From the NCBI GenBank assembly GCA_049301455.1, contig JBAQKY010000029.1:15597-79596 (forward strand): a stretch of DNA of 64,000 nucleotides, in the 5' to 3' direction. Source of the DNA: Microgenomates group bacterium (GTDB lineage Bacteria; Patescibacteriota; Microgenomatia; UBA8517). A program made the translations under genes and the position numbers. This document shows, in pieces, positions 38,070 through 48,008 of the stretch (position 1 is the first letter of the stretch; each line of letters starts with the position of its first letter). Under the pieces are notes generated by a model. That model did not search any database and had not been told where the DNA came from. It saw only the letters and a list, made by a program, of their open reading frames with translations.

Positions 38070-41000
38070 TTATTTACGTATTAATTGCTTCAACTCTCTC
38101 TTGTAGGTCGTAAGATCTTTACCTCTTAATTTATTATTCTTTATTGTATCGAGTAACTTTTCTGAAATGTATTGTTGATTTTCTAAATTTGTCCATTGAT
38201 TTAACTTATTTTTAAATTCTAAATAATAATCCTTAAATTTGTTCCAAGGTAATTTCGCTTCTTCTATGATCGAAATCGTCATGTCAATCGTTTGTCTCTC
38301 ATCCTGTCTATTTAGAGTTTCAAACAACTGCTTAACATAGGCAATTAATCTTTCGTCAGACAAGCTGTCCTTGATTAAAAGGACTGACCTCAAGGAATTT
38401 TCGTAATTTGCATTCAACCGCCTTTGAGGCTCGCTTAACCAATTGACTATTTTTCTACCAACTTCTTGTTTTTGTTCCTCACCTAGATAATCTGATTGAG
38501 ACAAAACTTCATAACCAACAATTTGGATGTCGGGTTGGTCTGAGCAAATCATTCCGAGTATTTGTTCCGCTAAAGTATTCTTTAGGTCTACTGGATCATT
38601 CTTTTGCATCGACGTGGAGAGCCATGCATAATATTGCCTTCTTGCTCCTGGTGCAAACTGCACAATCCTGTTAATTAAACTTCGAATAACTCTCAGGCGA
38701 TCGGGTAGTTTTTTGCCTTTGAAAAAAGCAATGCCCGCATCAGACGATTTATTGATTAAATTTTCAATGACTATTATCTTTTTATCATCCGACATGAGCT
38801 CGTATGCCGATTCAATATCTTGAGGGCCTCTAGTGATTGATCTTTCAAGAAAATGTTCCAAAAAGGTGTTAATAAAAATATCAGCAACTTTAGCTTCAAC
38901 TGATCTAGTAATAGAGCTTTCAAGTGCTTCAGGTTTTGAATTAGCAACAAAAACTCCTATCACTCTCTTGATCATGCTTAAACTATTTTCTGTAGCAAAT
39001 TTGTGAGTATGGAGCAATATCGGCAAGAAATATTCTCTTTCTTCATAGTTGCCAGAAGATTCACAAGATGTCACCATCTCAGATGCAAGTGCATTAATAG
39101 ATGTTTCATCTGAGTTTTCTAAAAGATATCCAAAGTTTATTAGAACATCTGTGATACCTAAAATAAGTTCCTTTCTTTGTGCTAAGTCAGGCGTTTGTTG
39201 GCTATGCTGATCTTTGATCATCTTCGTAACTATGTTTAATAGGACAACTGATAAATTATTTGTTTTTATAAATTCAGAATAATGTTTGATAGTGCCTAAA
39301 TATTCTCGAAAGTTTGTATAATTTGCTCCATTGATAAATTTTGTTAGTGTTTCAGGGGATATAAACTTATCTTGAGTAATATTTGAATCAAATACAGAAA
39401 TTACCGAAGGGTACAAAGAGTAAGATTGTTCGATTATTGATCTAACATCCGCTATAAAATTTTCGTCTAATCGTTTCAATTTCGTCAGATTTGTAAGAAT
39501 TTCAATTGCTGTTTTGTGGTCTCTTTCTTTTGTCAAATTTTCATCATACAATGCAGATATATATCTTCCTATCAAAGCTTTTCTGTAATCCAGAGTTATA
39601 TTTGCATCTGATATAAAAAGTTCAAAAATACGATTTGTATCTAATGTTTTATACTCTTGCCAAATGTCTCTTTCTACAACTTCAGTGGTTCTATCTAAAA
39701 AGACTTTGTTATCAAGTTTAAAATCTATCGAGTCTGAAACAGATATAAAAGTTTTAACAACATTAGTTAGCCACTGAGGTTGATATCTATATTCCTGATA
39801 TAAATCGATAATAAATCTAAAGATCTCACCAGACTTTTTCTTGTTAATTGTTATCAACTGCTTAGATTCTTCAATGTTGTTGTCAATTAATGCTTTTGTT
39901 AATTGATTGGAACTCTTTAACTTCTTGGCACTATTAGCAATTTTAAAAAATATAAAAGGCTTCGCGTTATTTGCTTTAATAGTGCTCGTTTGCAGCATGA
40001 ACATCTTAAACTCTTCTGTTGATGTTTTAACCTCAATATTTTCCGGATCAAAAATTTTATTATCTCGAAGATTAATATACTCATCTGGAAACTTTTGCTT
40101 GAGGATCTGGATTTTTGCTAAGTATGCAAGGTTTTTACTAACCTCTGACCAGACATCGCCATCTGAGTAGTATGCAATTAAAATTGTCGCAGCAAAATTG
40201 TTTAGGAATTGTTTCACAGCTCTTGGTGATGATTTAAATCCGTAAGTAACAACTCTTAGCAAATTTTCTTCCTGACCTTTCAATATCTCAGTACCGTTAT
40301 CTAAATCTTTTATGAGTTGTGTTGAATACTCATCTAAATCTGTAGAAATAAAATCGGGCGTTGTAACAACAATGCCAAAGATTTTTCTTAAATATTCAGT
40401 GGCGTCAAACTTTCCAGTATTGTCACTATAGTATTTTTTAATCTGCGTCTCTATAGAAGATGAATCGCAGGGTATTATGAAGACAACTTTGTTATCTAGT
40501 TTTACATCCAAAAAAGTTCTGACTGAAGACAATATGTTTATTGCAGAATCTCCTTGGACTCTGTCAATATTGTCGAACACAACCACAAGATCACCCTTAA
40601 TTCGTCTAATAATATCTTTGAATTTCTTTTCAAATTGTTCAGGCGAATTTAAGTAATCTCTTTTCTTTATCAAAGTCTGCGTTTTTGTTTCATCTGCCAG
40701 ATCCTTGACCAGTTTTTCAGTCAATTTTTCTACAAATGTTTTAGTAACCCATCCAACTATCATTGCTAATGCGGTTGACTCAGAAATATATCCAATTAGT
40801 GACTGAGCAGAATGGATTAGTGAGTTTGTTTCGCCTAACTTGAGTTGAAGTAATAGCTGAGAAACTCCAAAAAATAGAAGCCCAAAAAGCAATAGATTGC
40901 TAATTATAACCTCCCAAATTCTTTTTATAATATTCACAAACCATGAGAATCTATTTTTAGATAAAACGTCACCCCTTTTTTTAATTTGCTCTCTTGTTTC

Positions 41001-41375
41001 AGTAGAAGCATTTAACACGTCGTCCAATTCATCTTCGCTTATCGCTTGTCCTTCCTTCCATAATTCTTTATCTTCGATAAAGTTCCTTAGGGTTGTAAGA
41101 AAAGTTCTTCTTAAAGGATCGCCTTTATATTTCCATGTATCAAAAATAAAGACTGGATATTTAGACTTATAATCTTCAGCAAGGTTCTCGACTATCGTAC
41201 TTTTACCTGAACCCCAAGGACCGAACAAACCAATAGTAAAAAATCCTAGACCATTTTGAATTATTTCATGGAGTGTTGGAGCAATATATTTGTGATAAAA
41301 ATCATAATAAGTTTTGTCGTTTTTTAGGATAGGAGTATCTTTTAAAAACCCTATGTTCAGTTTCTTTTTTACCAT
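38070..41375 (-). CDS. KAP family P-loop NTPase (1101 aa) with TM helices inserted in the NTPase domain
   Basis: Walker A is GLFGPWGSGKST. TM hairpins are inserted after the P-loop (FSWFVNIIKRIWEVIISNLLLFGLLFFGVSQLLL; IGYISESTALAMIVGWV). The Walker B-like strand is LVVVFDNIDRV. A long C-terminal helical region follows. This architecture is diagnostic of the KAP family. Confidence 0.8.
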   Translation of the reverse strand: MVKKKLNIGFLKDTPILKNDKTYYDFYHKYIAPTLHEIIQNGLGFFTIGLFGPWGSGKSTIVENLAEDYKSKYPVFIFDTWKYKGDPLRRTFLTTLRNFIEDKELWKEGQAISEDELDDVLNASTETREQIKKRGDVLSKNRFSWFVNIIKRIWEVIISNLLLFGLLFFGVSQLLLQLKLGETNSLIHSAQSLIGYISESTALAMIVGWVTKTFVEKLTEKLVKDLADETKTQTLIKKRDYLNSPEQFEKKFKDIIRRIKGDLVVVFDNIDRVQGDSAINILSSVRTFLDVKLDNKVVFIIPCDSSSIETQIKKYYSDNTGKFDATEYLRKIFGIVVTTPDFISTDLDEYSTQLIKDLDNGTEILKGQEENLLRVVTYGFKSSPRAVKQFLNNFAATILIAYYSDGDVWSEVSKNLAYLAKIQILKQKFPDEYINLRDNKIFDPENIEVKTSTEEFKMFMLQTSTIKANNAKPFIFFKIANSAKKLKSSNQLTKALIDNNIEESKQLITINKKKSGEIFRFIIDLYQEYRYQPQWLTNVVKTFISVSDSIDFKLDNKVFLDRTTEVVERDIWQEYKTLDTNRIFELFISDANITLDYRKALIGRYISALYDENLTKERDHKTAIEILTNLTKLKRLDENFIADVRSIIEQSYSLYPSVISVFDSNITQDKFISPETLTKFINGANYTNFREYLGTIKHYSEFIKTNNLSVVLLNIVTKMIKDQHSQQTPDLAQRKELILGITDVLINFGYLLENSDETSINALASEMVTSCESSGNYEEREYFLPILLHTHKFATENSLSMIKRVIGVFVANSKPEALESSITRSVEAKVADIFINTFLEHFLERSITRGPQDIESAYELMSDDKKIIVIENLINKSSDAGIAFFKGKKLPDRLRVIRSLINRIVQFAPGARRQYYAWLSTSMQKNDPVDLKNTLAEQILGMICSDQPDIQIVGYEVLSQSDYLGEEQKQEVGRKIVNWLSEPQRRLNANYENSLRSVLLIKDSLSDERLIAYVKQLFETLNRQDERQTIDMTISIIEEAKLPWNKFKDYYLEFKNKLNQWTNLENQQYISEKLLDTIKNNKLRGKDLTTYKRELKQLIRK

Positions 41376-41601
41376 GCCGCTTCAATTCTTTAGTTTGAGC
41401 GTATTATAGTCTAAGTGCTTCAAAAGTTCCAAGTATAAGATAATTTTTATCTAAAAGGCCGAGAAATCTACAAAAGGAGATGTAGATGGTGATAATGGGT
41501 ATTTGTTACAATTCCTATTTTTAATCTTTATTTAAAAAGTGTAAAGGTCGAATACAAGGCGTATAACGACTTTAAGTTAAAGGTGTAAAAATGGTAATGG
41601 G

Positions 41602-41672
41602 CTGGGGGACAGGGATTTGAACCCCAATAGGCAGATCCAGAATCTGCAGTCCTACCATTAGACGATCCCCCA
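41602..41672 (-). tRNA. tRNA-Gln (anticodon CUG); CCA not encoded
   Basis: The - strand sequence is TGGGGGATCGTCTAATGGTAGGACTGCAGATTCTGGATCTGCCTATTGGGGTTCAAATCCCTGTCCCCCAG. A 7-bp acceptor stem and a T-loop GGTTCAAATCC are present. The anticodon loop is TTCTGGA. Confidence 0.85.
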
Positions 41673-41764
41673 ATATATCTATGGTATTTTACTACACTTT
41701 AGATTTTTATGTGACTAAATGCATACAATGGTATGGCATGTGTATGTGATATTATTTATATAAG

Positions 41765-42907
41765 TTGAAAAGATTATTTTGGATATTATTCATTGTAGGT
41801 TTAATTGCTGGTATTTACTTTGTTGTTAAAAATTATTTTCCTTCTGTTGTTTCAAATTTTATTCCAGTTAATAAAGAGGTTAAACAATTTTTTCCATTAG
41901 ATAACGAAACCCCTTCACCTTTTAAAATACCATCTGATTATAAAATGGATGTCTATGCAGATTTGAAAAATGATCTACCTCGTGTAATTGAGTTTGACGA
42001 TAGTGGCAATATGATTGTTTCATTAACTTCTAAAGGTAAAATTGCAGTTTTAACTGATCGCGATTTGGATCTAAGATCTGAGAGTAAAACAGATATTTTA
42101 GTTGGACTTAACAAACCTCATGGAATAGCGTTAAACGGTAACTACTTATATGTTGCAGAAAGTGGAGGAGTGTTTAGGTATTTATATAATTCGAGAGACT
42201 TAACAGTTGGTGAGAAGGAATTATTATTTACATTACCGGAAGATGGTAGACATTTTACTAGGACTATTCGTATCCATGACAATAAACTTTATACTTCGGT
42301 GGGTTCATCCTGTGATGTGTGTGTTGAAGAAAATAATTTTAGATCTTCGATCTTAGTTTCAGAACTAGATGGTAGCAGTTTAAGAGTATTCGCAAAAGGG
42401 CTTCGAAACACTGTATTTTTTGATTTTGATAGTCAAGGAAAAATGTGGGGTGCCGATATGGGGAGAGATATGTTGGGCGATAATTTACCTCCTGATGAAA
42501 TAAATATTATTGAAGACGGAAAAGATTATGGTTGGCCATATTGTTATGGTAGTCAGATTAAAGATACTAAATTTAATTCAGATAAAAGTATCACTTGTGA
42601 GGCAACAGAACCACCAATTTATGAATTACCTGCACATTCTGCGCCATTGGGATTCATGTTTGATGGCTTTGGCAGTTTGTTTGTTGCACTTCATGGTTCT
42701 TGGAATTCAAAAGTACCTGTGGGATATAAAGTCGTTAAGTTATCAACCTTTGCAGGTGGTGTTTCAGGCAGTCAAGATTTTATTAGTGGTTTTATCCAAG
42801 GTAAAGATAAAATACTGGGTAGGCCAGCAGGATTGACTCAGGACAAAAAAGGAAATATCTATGTTTCAGATGATAAAACAGGTTTAATATACGTTCTAGT
42901 AAAATAA
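41765..42907 (+). CDS. PQQ-dependent sugar dehydrogenase-like beta-propeller protein (glucose/sorbosone dehydrogenase family)
   Basis: It has an N-terminal TM or signal. Motifs are LNKPHGIALNGNYLYVAE and GWPYCYG. A C-terminal GRPAGLTQDKKGNIYVSDD blade is present. Confidence 0.65.
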   Translation: MKRLFWILFIVGLIAGIYFVVKNYFPSVVSNFIPVNKEVKQFFPLDNETPSPFKIPSDYKMDVYADLKNDLPRVIEFDDSGNMIVSLTSKGKIAVLTDRDLDLRSESKTDILVGLNKPHGIALNGNYLYVAESGGVFRYLYNSRDLTVGEKELLFTLPEDGRHFTRTIRIHDNKLYTSVGSSCDVCVEENNFRSSILVSELDGSSLRVFAKGLRNTVFFDFDSQGKMWGADMGRDMLGDNLPPDEINIIEDGKDYGWPYCYGSQIKDTKFNSDKSITCEATEPPIYELPAHSAPLGFMFDGFGSLFVALHGSWNSKVPVGYKVVKLSTFAGGVSGSQDFISGFIQGKDKILGRPAGLTQDKKGNIYVSDDKTGLIYVLVK

Positions 42908-42910
42908 GAT

Positions 42911-43576
42911 CTAGTTCACCTTTCCTCTCGCGTCATGACATCTTTGTTTTGGGTCACTGCAAGTGTTTTGACATGTTTCGTCGTTTACGTATACATTTGG
43001 GCAGTCTGAAATTTCAGGGTCAACATAGACTTCACATGTACCGTTTGGCGCACATACATATTGTGATATGGACTCCTGTGGTGCAGGGGTTGCTGATTGC
43101 AGACAGAATGGATTAAGTTTCTCATTTGGAGATGCTACTCCGTAGTTAAATTGGCAATCTGGGCCACAACCGTTTCTACACTCAATTTTATCAATTATTC
43201 TGTCTGCTAAATATTCAAGATTCGCATAAAGCTGGTATGACTTGGGACAATTGCTTGTTTCTGGTACATAAGTGTATGAGAGGCTGTTTGTAGGATCACA
43301 TGGTATTTTATCAATAAGCACTGTACTACCCTCTAAAAAACTATTTCCACAAGCTGGAATTGCAGTCGGGTAGCAGTTTTTATCTTGGTAGTATTCCTCA
43401 ATCGATTTTTTAATTCTATCAACGTGTGATTTTCTGACAGCATCTCTGGCTTTTGCAAGCTGTGTCGGACCATTAACAGCTGAAAAGATGGTGATAACAC
43501 CAATTATGGATAACACAACAAGAATCTCGACTAATGTAAAGGCTGCTATTTTAGATTTGATTTTATTGATTATCAC
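42911..43576 (-). CDS. type IV pilin / pseudopilin-like protein with cysteine-rich C-terminal domain
   Basis: The class III signal and N-terminal helix (AAFTLVEILVVLSIIGVITIFSAV) form a prepilin cleavage/methylation motif. About 17 Cys lie in the C-terminal 150 aa. Confidence 0.7.
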   Translation of the reverse strand: MIINKIKSKIAAFTLVEILVVLSIIGVITIFSAVNGPTQLAKARDAVRKSHVDRIKKSIEEYYQDKNCYPTAIPACGNSFLEGSTVLIDKIPCDPTNSLSYTYVPETSNCPKSYQLYANLEYLADRIIDKIECRNGCGPDCQFNYGVASPNEKLNPFCLQSATPAPQESISQYVCAPNGTCEVYVDPEISDCPNVYVNDETCQNTCSDPKQRCHDARGKVN

Positions 43577-43917
43577 AGTTTGCTAGCAAATAGGAGTATT
43601 CCGATTATTACTGCTGAAAATGTAGAAAGTAGAACTGCTGCTGCAGAGATATCCTTAATCTGTCTTGCAGGTTCAGATATTTTTGTTGAATTTAAGTCAA
43701 CCAACTTTTCTGCTATGGTGTTTATCAGTTCTAAAATTATGACTGAGAAAATTGTAATAACTAAAATTGCAAATTCAACCTCATTAAATTCGAAGAAATA
43801 GGCAAAGATCAAAGCAATAACACCAAATAATAAATGGACACTTAAATTTGGTTCAGATTTTATTGCATCCTTCATTCCTTGGATTGCATATTTAAAACTT
43901 TGGTGCGTAGAATTCAT
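43573..43917 (-). CDS. dgkA: diacylglycerol kinase
   Basis: 114 aa with 3 TM helices. The DgkA N-terminal amphipathic helix is SFKYAIQGMKDAIKSEPN. Confidence 0.85.
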   Translation of the reverse strand: MNSTHQSFKYAIQGMKDAIKSEPNLSVHLLFGVIALIFAYFFEFNEVEFAILVITIFSVIILELINTIAEKLVDLNSTKISEPARQIKDISAAAVLLSTFSAVIIGILLFASKL

Positions 43918-43944
43918 GTCATTTCTAGTATATCATTAAATACG

Positions 43945-44397
43945 ATGATTACATTCTTGGCAAGTGTTTTAATTTGGTTAATGTTTTTTGGTCTAATAGT
44001 TTTATGGGTGATTGATGGAAAAATCAAAAAGGAAACTGTAATCCATGCTGTATTCTCTTGTTTGATTGCCTATGCTGTTACTGAGTTAATTAAAACTTTT
44101 TTTCCTACACTTCGTCCATTCCAATTTGATGGTGCATTACCATTAACCTTAACTGTTCCAACTGATGGTGCTTTTCCATCAAGCCATTCAGCTGTTGGTT
44201 TTGCCTTAGCTGTCACAATTTTAAAACATGATAGGAAAGTTGGTATCCTTTATTTAATCATGGCAGGTTTGGTTGGAATTGCTCGTATTGTGGCTCATGT
44301 TCATTATCCAATCGATATTATGGCTGGGGCTTTAATAGGTACAATAATTTCAGCATTGACATCTAGCAAACACTTTGTTAGACTGCTAAATCGATGA
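43945..44397 (+). CDS. PAP2 family phosphatase (undecaprenyl-diphosphatase-like)
   Basis: The PAP2 motifs are KTFFPTLRP, PSSHS and ARIVAHVHYPIDI. The internal Met at 43945 is used as start to avoid overlapping dgkA. Confidence 0.75.
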   Translation: MITFLASVLIWLMFFGLIVLWVIDGKIKKETVIHAVFSCLIAYAVTELIKTFFPTLRPFQFDGALPLTLTVPTDGAFPSSHSAVGFALAVTILKHDRKVGILYLIMAGLVGIARIVAHVHYPIDIMAGALIGTIISALTSSKHFVRLLNR

Positions 44398-46760
44398 GAA
44401 GTGTACCAATAATCGCAATCAGAGGATCGGTTGTTTTTCCTCACACAGACACCTTACTTTCTTTTGTAAGGCCTTCTTCAGTTACAGCAGCTGATAGTGC
44501 ATTCCAAAAAGATAGGTTGGTTGCAATATTTACTCAAAAAGATTCAAGAATTTCTGACCCAGAAAAAGATGATTTGTATGAAATCGGAACATTAGCAACA
44601 ATCACACAGATGATGACTGTTGAAGATGGAACTCATGCTCTTGTTCGTGGCCAAGTTAGAGTAAAACTATCTGAAATAGTATCTGATGAACCATTTTTAT
44701 ATGGAAATGTAGAGGAATTACCAGATTTAACAGATAATTCCCCTGATGTTTTAGCATTGGCCAAAAATTTAAGAGAAAACTTCAGAAAAGCATTAACTTT
44801 AGGAAAGACTGTTGAAGTATTATCAGTTGTTAAATTAGTTTCTGAATCATCAAGTCCAATTGAATTAACGGATCAGATATCTTCTGTTTTAGATTTGAAA
44901 TTAAATCAACGTCAAAATCTCCTAGAAACTTTTCCGTTGCTTGAAAGAATGAAGAAAGTAAGCGAACTTCTAAACAAAGAGATTGGTGTCATGGAAATTG
45001 AAAAAACAATCTCCTCAAAAACTCAACAACAGTTTGATGAAATAATGAAGAAAAATATCTTAAGAGAAAAGAAAAAAGCGATTGATAAAGAATTGGGTGC
45101 AATTGATGGTGGTAATGATGAAGGTGAAGTCGCTTCAGAAGAAATTAAAGAATATAAAAAGAAAATTAGTGATGCCAAAATGCCAAAAGATGTTGAAGAA
45201 AAAGCATTAAAAGAACTTGGTAAGTTGGCTAAAATGAGTTCATTTAATCCTGAATCAGGGTTTTTAAGAAATTATTTGGACTGGCTTTGCGAAGTGCCAT
45301 GGAGTGTTGTTACACCAAACAATGTTTCTATAACAAAAGCTGGAAAGATAATGGATAAAAGACATCATGGTTTGAAGAAAACAAAAGAAAGAATATTAGA
45401 ATATCTTTCTGTCATGAAGCTTTTGGAGGAAAGAAAACAAAAAGGAAAAGAAGATAATCAATATCAACCAACAATTCTTTGTTTCATTGGACCACCAGGT
45501 GTGGGTAAAACATCAATTGGAAAAGCAATTGCAGAAGCTATGGGAAGAAAATTTGCTAGAATTTCACTTGGTGGAATCAGAGATGAAGCTGAAATTAGAG
45601 GACACAGAAGAACATATGTTGGGGCATTACCTGGAAGGATAATCCAAGGGATAAAACAGGCAGGTACAAGAAATCCTGTATTCATGCTTGATGAAATAGA
45701 CAAAGTTGGATCAGACTTTAGAGGTGATCCAAGTTCTGCTCTTCTTGAAGCTTTAGACCCAGAACAAAACAAAGAATTTTCAGACCACTACTTAGAAGTC
45801 CCATTTGATTTATCAGACGTTTTCTTCATAGCTACAGGAAATGTTTTAGATACAATCCCTCAAGCTTTGCGTGACAGAATGGAAGTTATCCAATTTGCAG
45901 GTTATACAGAAGAAGAAAAGTTTGAAATTGCAAATCGATTTATCTGGCCAAAACAATTAAAGAATCATGGTTTGGAAAATATAAAAATATCAGATAAAGC
46001 ATTAAAGGATGTTATATCAAGATACACAAGAGAGTCAGGCGTTCGTAACTTAGAAAGAAGTATCGCAACAATTCTTCGTAAAATTGCAAGGATGGTTGCA
46101 GAAAAGAAGAAATATCCAAAAACAGTTAAAGAATCACACATCAGAGAATACTTAGGACCACACAAGTATTCATCATTAATTGCTGAAAAGAAAAATGAGA
46201 TTGGCATGTCAACAGGTCTTGCAGTTACATCAGTAGGTGGAGAAATACTATTTATTGAGGTTTCATTAATGCCAGGAAGAGGAAGACTTACATTAACAGG
46301 TCAACTTGGAGATGTTATGAAAGAATCTGCACAAGCTGCATTTACTTGGGCTAGATCAAATTATAAATTGCTAGGATTAAAGGCTGATTTTTCATCAAAA
46401 TTAGATATTCACATCCATGTTCCAGAAGGTGCAGTTCCAAAAGATGGCCCATCTGCAGGAACATCAATTACTACAGCTTTGGTGTCTGCATTAACAAAGA
46501 TTCCTACCAGAAGAGATACTGGTATGACAGGAGAAATATCACTTCGTGGCCATGTTATGGAAATTGGAGGAGTCAAAGAAAAAACAATTGCAGGTCATAG
46601 AGCAGGACTTAAAACAATAATTATTCCAAAAGATAATCAAAAAGATATGGTAGATGTACCTGATAAAGTTAAAAAGGATATTAATTTTGTCTTTGCAGAA
46701 AAACTTGAAGATGTTTTAAAAGTAGCCCTCACCAAATGGCCAATAGTATCTAAGTCGTAA
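44394..46760 (+). CDS. lon: ATP-dependent Lon protease
   Basis: It has a LON N-domain. The AAA+ Walker A is GPPGVGKTS. Walker B is FMLDEIDK. The S16 protease domain has the catalytic Ser in DGPSAGT and the Lys in the TGEISLRG...K region. Confidence 0.95.
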   Translation: MRSVPIIAIRGSVVFPHTDTLLSFVRPSSVTAADSAFQKDRLVAIFTQKDSRISDPEKDDLYEIGTLATITQMMTVEDGTHALVRGQVRVKLSEIVSDEPFLYGNVEELPDLTDNSPDVLALAKNLRENFRKALTLGKTVEVLSVVKLVSESSSPIELTDQISSVLDLKLNQRQNLLETFPLLERMKKVSELLNKEIGVMEIEKTISSKTQQQFDEIMKKNILREKKKAIDKELGAIDGGNDEGEVASEEIKEYKKKISDAKMPKDVEEKALKELGKLAKMSSFNPESGFLRNYLDWLCEVPWSVVTPNNVSITKAGKIMDKRHHGLKKTKERILEYLSVMKLLEERKQKGKEDNQYQPTILCFIGPPGVGKTSIGKAIAEAMGRKFARISLGGIRDEAEIRGHRRTYVGALPGRIIQGIKQAGTRNPVFMLDEIDKVGSDFRGDPSSALLEALDPEQNKEFSDHYLEVPFDLSDVFFIATGNVLDTIPQALRDRMEVIQFAGYTEEEKFEIANRFIWPKQLKNHGLENIKISDKALKDVISRYTRESGVRNLERSIATILRKIARMVAEKKKYPKTVKESHIREYLGPHKYSSLIAEKKNEIGMSTGLAVTSVGGEILFIEVSLMPGRGRLTLTGQLGDVMKESAQAAFTWARSNYKLLGLKADFSSKLDIHIHVPEGAVPKDGPSAGTSITTALVSALTKIPTRRDTGMTGEISLRGHVMEIGGVKEKTIAGHRAGLKTIIIPKDNQKDMVDVPDKVKKDINFVFAEKLEDVLKVALTKWPIVSKS

Positions 46761-46819
46761 CAAATAAGTATTCAAAAGATATTGTGGCGATATCGCTAAC
46801 CGAGTAATACAATACACGT

Positions 46820-47716
46820 ATGTGGTTTATATATGCAGTTGTACATGTTTTTCTCTTGGTTTTGGTTGTTTATACAGATGAACACCTAGCTACGAATAAT
46901 AAATTACCTAAAAAATTTGATATCCATACTAAGGTGGGAAGTGTTTTGATAATGTCGACACTAATGTGTTTTGTTGGAGCTATCCTACTATTCATTATAT
47001 CGAGAGATTTTAAACTATCCGCCTCGGTCCTTGGATTGTCAGCAATATCAGCGGTAACAATGGTTTCTTATTGGGGATCGTATTTTTACCTCTTACAAGA
47101 ATATCCAGCTAATAAAGTTGGTCCGCTGTATCAACTTGGTTCGATTTGGCTATTAGTAATTGAGTTGCTGTTTGGTGGAAACATTACGATGATTGGATTA
47201 ATGGGAATATTAACTTTGATATATGGCGCTATTATTTTAGATGCCGGTACATTCAAGTGGCAAATTCCTACAAAGCTGCTTAGAATCGGCCTTCCAGCGA
47301 CCTCGTTGTGGGCTATAACATTGTTTTTGGTCAGGTATGCCTCAGGAGGTGGGTCGGTTGTCGCAATCTACTTTTGGCAGTTGGTATTTACAGGAATAAT
47401 CGGGCTAATTTTATATATTTTTGTATCTAAATATAGAGAAGGTTTTAGATACAGAATAAAACATCAAGGGAAGTTGTTTGTGGGATTGAGTTTGGTAAAT
47501 GAAACATTTGCCGAAACATCGTATTTGTTTAGTTCATTGGCTGTTGCAATAGCACCTGTGGCTGCTTATGTTTCATCAATGATGGGTCTTCAGGGTGTAT
47601 TTTTAATATTATTAATGTTTCTTTTCCCTCAAGGTGAAAGAGCAAAAGTAACTAAAATACAGGTAATTGCAGCAATCCTAATTGCAGTCGGTGTGTTATT
47701 GATTAGCTTAAAATGA
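46820..47716 (+). CDS. hypothetical polytopic membrane protein
   Basis: 298 aa with about 9 predicted TM helices. No motif recognised. Confidence 0.45.
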   Translation: MWFIYAVVHVFLLVLVVYTDEHLATNNKLPKKFDIHTKVGSVLIMSTLMCFVGAILLFIISRDFKLSASVLGLSAISAVTMVSYWGSYFYLLQEYPANKVGPLYQLGSIWLLVIELLFGGNITMIGLMGILTLIYGAIILDAGTFKWQIPTKLLRIGLPATSLWAITLFLVRYASGGGSVVAIYFWQLVFTGIIGLILYIFVSKYREGFRYRIKHQGKLFVGLSLVNETFAETSYLFSSLAVAIAPVAAYVSSMMGLQGVFLILLMFLFPQGERAKVTKIQVIAAILIAVGVLLISLK

Positions 47717-47788
47717 TCTCTTTAATTTAAATCTCAAGGTAGTTTTGGTCATTTGCTTCTGTAAATGGTAAAATAACCCAATCACATT

Positions 47789-47862
47789 GGCCCCGTCGTC
47801 TAGTGGTCTAGGACACTTGGTTCTCATCCAAGAGATCATGAGTTCAAATCTCATCGGGGTCA
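47789..47862 (+). tRNA. tRNA-Glu (anticodon CUC)
   Basis: The sequence is GGCCCCGTCGTCTAGTGGTCTAGGACACTTGGTTCTCATCCAAGAGATCATGAGTTCAAATCTCATCGGGGTCA. A 7-bp acceptor stem with one G-U pair is present. The anticodon stem-loop is CTTGG-TTCTCAT-CCAAG. Confidence 0.8.
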
Positions 47863-48008
47863 CATTTTTAAAGATGTATCGCAAAGTATAGTAAAACAAC
47901 AAAATACCTTCTTGAGTTAAAAACATTGTCAGACTGATGAATCATTTTATTGTGTCTCGATGTAATGTAATTTACACATTTATTAAAAATAATGTTATAT
48001 TATTATAA

